Shown piece by piece: positions 50,601 to 61,927 of a stretch of DNA of 64,000 nucleotides. Positions within the stretch are counted from its first letter, which is position 1. The number at the start of each line of letters is the position of its first letter. A program made the translations under genes and the position numbers. The DNA is from Daphnia carinata (Eukaryota), in contig NC_081334.1 of NCBI RefSeq assembly GCF_022539665.2, positions 2,046,001 through 2,110,000 of the forward strand, given 5' to 3'. The notes below the pieces were generated by a model. That model saw only the letters and a program-made list of their open reading frames with translations. It did no database searches and was not told where the DNA came from.

Positions 50601-53600
50601 CGTGGCGATGACATAATGAAAGCTAAAAGCTGCCAACTAGTCAGGGGGTCATATGACAATGGTTTAGATTCTATTGAGCTCCTGATCGTTCAATCGAAAT
50701 GGTCTTTAATCCCATGAACTTGGTAATTGACACGAATGAGGGATCGTTGTTTCAGCTCGTTTGTCCACGTCCATCTGGTGACCGGCTCCTCTATACTCTC
50801 TTATCGATCGCTCCGTAAGCCTCTTATTTTTTTATTTTATTATTACTTTATTTTAAATCCTCTCAGCTCTAGGGAAGGCAGGGGTTGGTTACACGCATTA
50901 CATTGTATACAAGAGCTAAAGAGTCACGTAATTTTTTTTTTTTTTGTTTTCAATGCTTGTTTGTAGGTTAAAGCTAGCCTGGTTATTTGTTTTAGTGGAT
51001 CGAGGCCAAGTGCTTTGCTCGATGGTAGGTGGACGACACTAGAGACCGTCGTTTGTTTTTCCCCTCGGACAGTTTTTGGAGACTAGTCATTGAGTGGGCC
51101 GAAAGCTCGTTATCTTCGTGCAGACGGCGTTCGGTTGTGTCCTAACAACTAAGCGAAAAGATATCGAATATCGATTCTCCGATCACTCGTTATACCTTAT
51201 TATATTCTTTGGTGGTTTAAGATGTTGGATATTAACCTGTACGCCATCGATCGCATCTTAACATCGTCTTTTCATTTCTTAAAAGATCGAGGACGCCATG
51301 GGTAATTCCTGGCAATGGATCTACTTCATCTCGATGGTCATCATCGGCGCCTTTTTTGTGATGAATCTTATTCTCGGTGTCCTCAGCGGGTACGTAAACA
51401 TGGCGATATCGATGATTTGATTTGCTTCTCTCTCTCGCCTTGACTTGGGATTATACCATCACACATTCTCCTCCTTATCCGTATCACTCATCTGATCCCC
51501 GATTGCCAGTTCCAATTACAACGAAGACATCGCATAGCCTCCCTAAACGATAATGACAGCGGCTTGAAAAGCCTTTCGTAGTTGAATCTCAGATTTTTCT
51601 CTTTGGCTTTAGAGAGTTTTCAAAAGAAAGAGAAAGCCAAAGCGCGAGGCGACTTTCACAAGTTGCGCGAGAAACAGCAAATCGAGGAGGATTTGCGAGG
51701 TTATCTGGATTGGATCACCCAAGCGGAAGATATTGAGCCGGAAGGCGAGGACCGACATCATGACGACCCCAAGCATGGTATTACGTAGTAGCGGTCATAA
51801 AGATGTCATCTTACGCTTCATTGCTCCATTTGGTTTCTCCCAGCTAAAAACAAACGAGAGCAGGATAATAGTGTCGACAAGACGGAGGAGAGCAGCAACG
51901 CTGATACTTCGCAGGATTCGTGGTGGACGCAGAAAAAGCGGAACTGGGAACGGTACTGTTTGCTCACTGAAGCTTGACGACCGTCTTACGTCATTCCTTT
52001 TTTTTTTTTTTTTTTTTTCAACCCCCCCTACTTGAACAGGAGAAACCGTCGTATGCGCCGAGCTTGCCGCAAAGCTGTCAAATCTCAGGCTTTTTACTGG
52101 CTGATCATCATTCTCGTGTTTTTGAACACTGGCGTACTGGCTACCGAGCACTATAAACAACCAGAATGGCTGGATTTCTTCCAAGGTGACATTTGTTTTT
52201 TTACATTGCTTATTCTAAACGTTTAATTGGTGGTTTATTGGTAGATGTGACCAATATCTTTTTCGTCGTCCTATTTAGCATGGAAATGTTATTGAAGATG
52301 TACAGCTTGGGATTTCAAGTAAGAAACAAACTAGAAATCGTATACAGAAAGCGTTTTTTGTTATAAAGACATTTGCATTCGAATTCAGGGTTATTTCGTG
52401 TCGCTCTTTAATCGCTTCGACTGTTTCGTCGTCATCAGTAGTATCGTCGAAGTCGTTTTAACTAAAACGGACGTCATGCCCCCTTTGGGTGTATCCGTGT
52501 TGCGTTGCGTCCGTCTCCTGCGAGTCTTCAAAGTCACAAAGTAAGATTTCAGAATGATCACGAAATAATGTGCACGACATTTCCTGCATGGTGTGTGGAA
52601 TTTGTAAGGATTGATTGTTTTGCATGATCTGTTTCCACCCCATTTGCGGACGGCACAAAACAAACACAAACAGATATTGGTTTTCACTGGGCAATTTGGT
52701 CCGCAGTCTGTTCAACGCCGTCCGTTCCATCGTTTCGCTCCTGTCGATCCTCTTTCTGTTCATATTCATCTTTGCCCTGCTCGGCACCCAGCTTTTCGGC
52801 GGCCGGTTCCAGCCCGGTCGCCGTAGCCATTTCGATTCACCCTGGGATGCCTATCTGACCGTTTCCCAGGTAACGAGCCGCCCAACGTTTTCAAATGTTT
52901 TTCGTGTCGTAGCTTTTGGCTTAATTTCCCCCGCTAATCCTCCTTTTATACATACCTGTGTGATTAGCAAAGGTGATTGATCGTCTATAATTGGATTAAT
53001 CTGAATGGGTGGCCGGTATTAATAACAACACAGGTACTGGCGCTCTCTTTCCAACTTGGTGGCGTCGCTGCTCAACTCGATCCAATCAATCGCGTCGCTC
53101 TTGTTGCTCCTCTTTCTCTTCATGGTCATCTTCGCCCTGCTGGGCATGCAAGTCTTTGGCGGCAAATTCAACTTTGAGAATCAAGAGTTGCCCAGAAGCA
53201 ATTTCGATTCCTTCTGGCAGAGTTTACTAACCGTCTTTCAGGTAACTTTTGGTGGTGGATGGCCAGTTCTTTTTTTGTCCTTCTTTCACTTATTTTGTTT
53301 CGATTCGCATTTCACTGATCTCCTCTCAAATTGGGCTGATGTTTTTTTTTTTTTTTTGGCTATGTTTCAAGATATTGACGGGTGAAGATTGGAATGCTGT
53401 CATGTACGACGGTATTAAAGCCTATGGCGGCGTGGCATCGTTGGGCATTCTGGCCTGTATCTACTTTATTATCCTCTTCATCTGCGGCAACTGTAAGCGA
53501 AAATTGTGCATTTTAAAATAGGAAATTTGAAAAGAACTTTTTATCCTTTTTTCAGATATTCTTTTGAACGTCTTTTTGGCCATCGCTGTGGACAACTTGG

Positions 53601-56600
53601 CTGACGCCGAATCGTTGACTGCCATCGAAAAGGAGGAAGCGGACCAAGCTGGAGCACAAGCGGAAGCTGAAGCTGACTTAGATAAATCGGCTACCAGCGA
53701 TTCGGCCACGAAAGACGGTGACGATCGAAGTCAAGAAGAGTTGGACGAGGAAGATGAGGACAACATTGACGATAACGGCAAAGAAGGTGACGACGATGAT
53801 AACGCCCAAGCGGATGGTAACCATGACGACATATCGGATCGGAAGCGATCTTCAAAAAAGAAGTGAGTCTCTTCTTTTTTCTTCAATGTGGGGTAAGCAA
53901 TTCGATTAAATCTCGCCTGTGTGCCATCCGTCTTTATAGAAAGTCAGACGGGGGTTCAACCAGAATTGAAATCGAACAAGATTACGACGACGAGGGTACC
54001 GAGGACGCCAGCAAAGACGGTAACAAATAGAATTTACACGTTGAATGCATTAGAAACGTATTTCTAGACGGTAGGTCTCCCCATCGTTCTTTGCACACAC
54101 ACAAAAAAATGGAGATTTTGAATTTTTTGATCGAAATTGATGGCAAACTTTTGGGGAGACGTACCGACTTAGGAATGGGGAGATGGTAGAGACAGATTAG
54201 AAACACAAATGAGTATGATTGGACACAATGGGCACGGTTGGTGTGGACTGTGGAATGCCAACGTAGAAGAGGAGCCAAGAACGAGCGATGGAGACGGACG
54301 CGATGGAACCGATGAGCAAATGGTGAATGCTAACGTGAAAATAACGGCCCGACCTCATCGGCGGCCATCGCCGGGGCTTGATGAAACGCCCACATTGATC
54401 AAGCCCATCCCGAGAGGGTCGAGCTTCTTCGTATTCTCCCACACCAACAGGTTAGCGCCAGTCCGCCAACGGCCAAACTAATCCAATTTTTTTCTCTTTT
54501 TTTTTCTTTTTTTCCGTGTGCGTGTGTGTTCGTGTCGTCCGCCAAAAACCTTCCGCCTTTTTTTTTTATTTTCAAAATTATTATTATTATTACTCCCCTC
54601 CTACTACCCATTTGTACATATTTCCCCCCTTTTTTTTACGCACACTATCTCTGATCCACCCCCGCCCTTCTCTCTCTCTCCCCCAACTGCTGTAAATTGG
54701 CTCAAAGCAGACGAGGGCTTGGGTGACGATCAAGGATCTTATGATGATGATGATAATAACGGAGAAGAGGAAGAAGCCGAAGTCGGAGAGGAAGAAGAGG
54801 AGGAGGATGAAGACGGGAACCCGGTGGCGGCGCGTCCGCGACGCGCCTCAGCCGTCGCCCGTTCCAACAACAAAATCATTCCTATACCTCCTTACACTTC
54901 CTTCTTCATACTCTCCCACTCCAACAGGTAGCCCCCGAATTTCGCCAAATCTATCACTTATTAATCAAACAATTATTTTGCATTTTTTCCTTCCAAATGC
55001 TCTTCTTTTTTTCTTTTTATTGGTTTCTTTTTTTTTTTTTGGGGGGGGGGGAGCTGTCACGTTTTGCTGATTTTTTGTTTGCACGTAATTATTTTTTTTT
55101 TAATGCCGCCAGTTTGGTCGCACAGAAATCGCACCATTCACAAAAGATATCGATGGATATAAGCCCTCGCTGCTTCCACCACCTTGTTTGTTTGTTTGAA
55201 AATGTGTTCGTCTGTCCACCTGCTCCTCCAAAAAACACCTGCTCTCCCTCCCCCGCCCGTCTATTGTGCTTTTACGGTTGGGTGTTGAGTGAATGGACAG
55301 GACCGACGATCCACCCGCATTTTACCACCAAAGTGGTATCGGCACAACCTAATCGATTTATTGGAAAACTGATCGATTTTGAAATCAAGCTTCTCCTGCC
55401 ATAAGAATAGCATATTCCTCTTAGAGAAAAGTATTTTTCTGCGATTATTATGTGTTTAGGGCAGATTGTTTTCGCTGCCTTTATTCGGCCTTAGCATGAT
55501 TGATGTCCTGTAATCCGCGCGCACCCACTCTTATGTCAGTTCATTGGGTGCGTCCGCGTGATCAACTGTTGGCAGCTCGCACCAACAGACTTAGTGGGAC
55601 TTTCCTTTTTTTTATCTTCAATGCTGCGGGCATCTTGCATTTGCGCTTTTCGTGTTTCTTAGTCGGCGTTTGATGTGACATGAGCCGCCTTCAAAATGCA
55701 TTAGTTATTCCGTGTATTTTATTTTCTTTAGCGCTACTCGGCTAGATGGCAAATTGTTCGGGAAAGAAAAACTGAAAGCTTTCCGTGCCTTATGTATTTT
55801 TGATTGGCTGTTGCCGTGGATATCGTTGTCGAAGGCGTCTTCAGCAGGGATAATAATATATGTGCAATCTATTACCTAGTAAATCTCAGTGTGTGGGTAT
55901 AGAAGAAAAAAGGAATTGCTTGACGCACGTTATCGACAGTTTCCTGGGCAACTGAAATCATTTTAAGATATTCAATGGGTTTTGTTAAGAAACGATTGAA
56001 CTTTCCAGATTGGCTACTCTTATGTCTCTAGTTGCACTGCTAGAATCTTTACTATTCATGGGTATAGAATATGTACAGCATGTGAGCCAGCATAGCGCTG
56101 ATTCAATCGATTTTTTTTTTTTTCAATTTCTTAAACCCAGTTTCCTCTAATCTTTGGCTTCTCTTTGGTCTCTTTCCAAAAATAATCAAGGTTCCGCGTG
56201 TTCTGCCACTGGTTCTGCAACCACAACTACTTCGGGAACATTATCCTTGCCTGTATCCTCATTTCGTCGGCTATGTTGGCCGCGGAAGACCCGCTCAGCG
56301 CCGACACGGATCGCAACAAGGTTCTCTTTTATTACATTTTTTTTTCTTTTCCTGCCCGACCTATTATTGATTTTTTTTTTTTTCTTCTTCTTTTTGATGC
56401 AGATTTTGAATCACTTTGACTACTTCTTTACAACTGTATTTACCATTGAAATTGCCTTGAAAGTCATCGCGTACGGTCTGGTTTTCCACAAGGGAGCTTT
56501 TTGCCGATCGGCTTTCAATCTTCTTGATTTATTGGTCGTTTGTGTCTCACTAATCTCTTTCGGATTCAGGTAATTTCATGCATCATTTTCCATTTCGGCT

Positions 56601-59600
56601 TGTGTGCTATTCTCGTTTGCATTTGTGTTCGCTCTTTAAAAACAGTTCTGGAGCTATTTCGGTCGTCAAAATCCTCCGAGTACTTCGTGTGCTAAGACCT
56701 TTGCGCGCCATCAACCGAGCTAAAGGCCTTAAAGTAATCCGTTTTTTTTTTTTAAACAAGATTGTTACAATAGTCAATTATTAATTGATTTTTTAAATAA
56801 ATGATTGCAGCATGTCGTCCAGTGCGTCATCGTCGCTGTGAAAACCATCGGTAACATCATGCTGGTCACGTGCCTTCTCGAGTTCATGTTCGCAGTTATT
56901 GGTGTTCAACTCTTCAAAGTATTACGTTGATTTAAAAAAGTGTTGGACTCGAGCCAAAAATGATTTGCAATATGATAACGTGATTTACGCTGACAGGGCA
57001 AGTTTTTTAAGTGCAACGACCCATCGAAAATGACCAGAGACGACTGCGTGTAAGTTGCATTTTTCGTTTCTATTTGCCAAAGAGTTTGTTGAGATATTGG
57101 ACCGATTTATACGCAGCGGGACCTTTATCCAATACGAAGACGATGATATCGAACGTCCGACAGTGGTCAATAGGACGTGGGAGAACAATGACTTCCATTT
57201 TGATGACGTCGGCAAAGCCATGCTGACATTGTTCACTGTATCGACCTTTGAAGGATGGCCAGGGTAATCGAAACTTGTGAATTTATTGGGTATTTTTTAT
57301 TTTTAAACTGACATTTGCCACGAAATATCTATCAGTTTGTTGTACGTGTCTCCATCGACTCGCACACCGAAGATATGGGTCCGATGCATAATTACCGACC
57401 AATGATTGCTTGCTTCTACTTTATCTACATCATTATCATCGCCTTCTTTATGGTCAATATCTTCGTCGGTTTCGTTATTGTCACCTTTCAAAACGAGGGA
57501 GAACAGGAATACCGAAACTGCGAATTGGATAAAAATCAGGTTCTAATTTTTTTTCTTATATTTAAACCAAAAAATTACGCTTTAAAAAAAAAAATGGATT
57601 TATCTTTTGATGCAGCGAAACTGTATAGAATTTGCATTGAAAGCTAAACCGTTCCGTCGCTACATCCCTAAAGCGAGGTTTCAGTATAAAGTTTGGTGGA
57701 TGGTGACGTCGCAGCCGTTCGAGTACATCATCTTCACTTTAATTATAACTAATACGGTTACGCTCGGTATGAAGTTTTACGGCCAACCAGAAGTCTACAC
57801 GCAAGCGCTAGACGTTCTGAATATGGTAACTTTTGGTTCTTTAGAAAAAGATGAGTGTTTCCAATCATTTACATGAAGCTTTTGCATTTAGATATTCACG
57901 AGCGTCTTCGCCTTGGAATTTGTGTTAAAATTGGCTGCATTTCGATTCAAGGTGAGAGCTGAAAACATTCCCAACTACATTCTTTAAACATGACTGTTCT
58001 TTTCTTTCTGCAGAATTATTTTAGCGATCCTTGGAACGTATTTGATTTTGTTATTGTCCTGGGAAGTTTCATCGACATTGTCTACTCCCAGTTGAATGTA
58101 AGCAAAACAATTTCGATTGCGTTGGCTCAGTACCGATTTATATGGAATTTATTTCTTCAGCCTGATTCCAATCTCATCTCCATCAATTTCTTCCGCCTTT
58201 TTCGTGTCATGCGATTGGTTAAACTTCTCAGCCGTGGCGAGGGCATCCGAACTCTTCTTTGGACGTTTATGAAATCTTTCCAGGCTCTGCCTTACGTCGC
58301 CCTATTGATTGTGATGCTCTTTTTCATCTATGCCGTCATTGGCATGCAGGTAGCTGGAAATCGAATCAAATTACGTCTTCATATTCTTAAATCAAAAATT
58401 GTTGTTCAAGGTTTTCGGCAAGATTGCCCTGGACAACGATACAGCTATACACCGAAACAACAATTTTCAAACGTTTCCGCAAGCTGTCCTTGTCCTTTTC
58501 CGGTCAGCTACGGGAGAGGCCTGGCAGGATGTTATGCTCGGCTGTTCATCACAGAGTGAGTTAAATTGATCTTCTACAATTTTAAACGCGTTAACGATCC
58601 ATTTTCTTTTTTTTTTTTCTCGCTAAAACAAAAATAGAGGCCCCAGCTTGTGATCCAAAGTCAGATGAATTTCGCAATAATGCAACGGAGCATTGTGGCA
58701 CTGAATTTGCCATCCCATATTTCATTTCCTTCTACGTCTTGTGCTCCTTTTTGGTAAGATTTACGCTTCATTGCACTAACAATGTGTTAAACTATTTATG
58801 TTTCAAGATCATCAATTTGTTTGTGGCTGTTATTATGGACAATTTCGATTACCTAACACGTGATTGGTCCATCCTGGGCCCGCATCACCTCGATGAATTC
58901 GTCCGTCTTTGGAGTGAGTACGATCCGGACGCTAGAGGTCGTATCAAGCATTTGGATGTGGTAACGTTGTTACGTAAAATATCACCGCCACTGGGTTTCG
59001 GCAAATTATGCCCACATCGCGTGGCTTGCAAGGTATCATCTTTTATGATATTCTTTTTTCTTTCAAATATCAGCTGCTTTGATGTTTCGATAATAGAGGC
59101 TGGTCTCGATGAATATGCCGCTCAATAGCGACGGGACTGTCATGTTCAACGCTACTCTATTTGCAGTGGTGCGAACGTCTCTCAAGATCTACACAGAAGG
59201 AAACATTGACACGGCAAACGAAACACTACGCGCTGTCATTAAGAAAATCTGGAAAAGAACCAACAGTAAATTGCTGGATCAAGTCGTACCGCCACCTGGA
59301 AGTAATAGCGTGCCTTTACTATTATAATGAGACTGCGACTTGATTTTTTTTTTCCTTTGTTTGGCATTTTAAAAATCAGTCGACGACGAGGTGACGGTAG
59401 GCAAGTTCTACGCCACCTTCCTAATTCAGGATTACTTCCGACGCTTCAAAAAGAGGAAAGAAATGCTCAACAAGGATGTTACTCTTGACGGTGAAGTGGC
59501 CGGAGTTGATACGGTAACGCTACAGGCTGGATTGCGAACCTTGCACGATGCTGGGCCTGAATTGAAGAGAGCGATCTCTGGCAATCTTGACGAGTTGATG

Positions 59601-61247
59601 GAACGTGACCCAGAGCCTATGCACAGAGTAATTATCGTTTGGACGAAGAGGGAAAGCATCTGCTATTATTTATTGAATTAATTTTTATTTCTCGCAGAGG
59701 AATCATACTTTATTTGGTAGTGTTTGGTCCAATATGCGACGAGGAGGCGGGCCATCATCAAGACAACGTCCGACAGAGTCATCACCATTAAAAGTAGGGG
59801 ACGCCATAAGTTTCAAACTTTGTACAGTTTAAACTTAAATTGCACTTTATTTCAGCTATCGCCGCAAATGTTGATGAAAACGGCCAACGCATCTAATGGG
59901 CAAAGCTTACCGGTTTCCTCGTCCAGTGATGAGCTTTCGGAAGCTGTGCCACTCCGACCACTGCGAATGCGACAAAATCAGACCAACAACAACGGAAGCC
60001 TGCCGTAAGTATTTCATTTGATTTTATTTACCTTTTTTCTTGCCTTTGGTTTTTCTATTTTAATCGTTCTCTTTTCTGCATAAAAAGCTTAACTTTTATT
60101 TCTATTTAAATACTGATCGTAATCTGATACTTGAAGTCCAGTAATGAAACACAGAGTCACGTTGCAACTCGCCTATAATGATGTCTTTATAATGATTGTT
60201 AAAATTATGTAGGAAATACGATGCGAATTTCCTCCATCCAAGCTACAACGGTAAGAGCTAGAAAAAAGAGTACCTTTTCCTGTTTTGTTTGACGATGGCT
60301 TGGCAATTTGCTTCTTTAACTTACTAATTGGCTAATGGACATGTCATAACAAACTACCAGGCATTCTACATTGGTTTGTCTGTTTCCCTTTTGTTCTTTG
60401 TTCACTAACGCACCAGTAGCAATATGTTTCATGGCGTCCTGTCAACGACAGCCATGGGATCTGCATCGACACTTCCTCGCTGCTTTCCGAGAAAGAGTGA
60501 ACGTCGATTAACTGGCGGTCTGTGGCTGGCCCAGGCTCACGCTTACGCAATGGCCCTGGCCGGCGTTCTACCTGGAAGCACGACAACCTTTACTCGCCGT
60601 TTGAGTTTGAATAGTCAAACATGCAGTCGAACACTTCCATCTTTCAAATTCGAAGAATGTCGTGAACCGCCTAGAACAACGTGCAGTCTAACTTTGCAGC
60701 CTTGGCCACCAGGTTTTACTAACTAATGAACCTCTATGTTATGTAGACAAGCACGAATTGTTGTTTAAAACTAGAATAATTCGACTTCCTCTCAATTTCT
60801 TTCAGCTAATGTGTTTGTTTTTTTTCGTTTGTTTTGTTGTTTGATGCCATATTTCAGCTCACGGGGAAGCTGTCGCTGGATCGGCTGAGAGCTTGGTCGG
60901 CAAGGTACATGAATGGCAACATTGGATATGTTTGGGTCGAATAAGCTTTTCTGTTTCTATTTTTATAGGTTCTAGTTGAGCAAGGCCTTGGCAAGTTCAT
61001 TGATGACGATTTTATCCGCACAACGTCACGTGAAATGCAAGAGGCCATGGATATGACAAAAGAGGAGATGGATCGTGCCGCTCATCATTTGCTAATGTTG
61101 ACGCAAGATGAAATTGGTACATCCCGATCTCCCCAAGCGCTGTCGGGTGCGGCCATTCGACGACCGGGTGGCCAACCCTTGACTTTGGCGCTCAATTCGG
61201 CCTTTAGTGAGGTTGACCACGTCCCGCAGTCTCGTCACAACTCCTAG
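47602..61247 (+). CDS. Ca-alpha1D: L-type voltage-gated calcium channel alpha1 subunit (Cav1), ~37 coding exons, with alternative exons and two apparent 2-nt frameshifts
   Basis: Four repeats with S4 segments. EEEE filter (VTLEGW, LTGEDW, STFEGW, ATGEAW). [23 protein letters not shown] motif [20 protein letters not shown]; distal [19 protein letters not shown]. Stop TAG at 61245-61247. Confidence 0.97.
47895..48035 (+). other. U12-type AT-AC intron in Cav1
   Basis: 5' site ATATCCTTTT, branch site TCCTTAAC (48012-48019), 3' end CAC. Removal restores [18 protein letters not shown]. Confidence 0.95.
52674..53241 (+). other. Tandem mutually exclusive exon pair (IIS4-S5 linker, IIS5, pore helix): 52674-52869 and 53034-53241
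   Basis: Paralogous translations. Both exons are AG/GT-bounded and phase 2 to 0. Lengths are 196 and 208 nt, so including both shifts the frame. Confidence 0.88.
54267..54927 (+). other. Tandem mutually exclusive exon pair (distal II-III linker): ~54267-54450 and 54711-54927
   Basis: Paralogous ends [16 protein letters not shown] and [16 protein letters not shown]. Both phase 1 to 2. Confidence 0.85.
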
Positions 61248-61927
61248 CCGAGATCTTTGGTGTAGGTAGAAATAACCTAAATTTTTAAAATCCTTCACCT
61301 TTGGGTAAATGAAAGGCTTTTGGTGAAATTGTTTGGTAATTTTGGAGATTTTATGACTTTGCCTTTTGGTGTCGACATTCGTCGCCATTTTGCCAATTGT
61401 GAATTTTTTCCAGTCAAGTTTGAAATGTTTTTTTTTTCTCTCAGTGAAAACCAAATCCCTGACCCTGCAACAAGTGCCTCCCCCTCATCTTTGTACGTCG
61501 ATAATATTCTGTAGCTTAATCCTTATCAGATCTTTTGTCTCTTATATCTTTTTCAATACATCTTCCTATAATATTTACTTTAACACTATACATTAGTTAT
61601 TTTTCACAGTTTTGCAGACTAATGAATTTGGGCAACTCTGCGTGTTCTACGCCAGTCAACAGCGTTGTATTAAATATCTTTGTCGTATCAAAATTTGTTA
61701 AACCAAAATCGGGTTTGCATGTTTATCATAAGTAAATCACTAAAAATTTGGGATGGAAGATGTGTAAAAAATAATGCTGGATGTGTTACCTTTTATGCCG
61801 AAATCTGGCAACACGGAAAATTATCGTCTGCTTGCTGGGATCTCGTGTTCTCATTCAAATGGAGTTCTTTCGCAACTAGTAAAGCGTTGTAATAAGTCTG
61901 GGTAATTTGCATATTGTAAAGTAGGCA

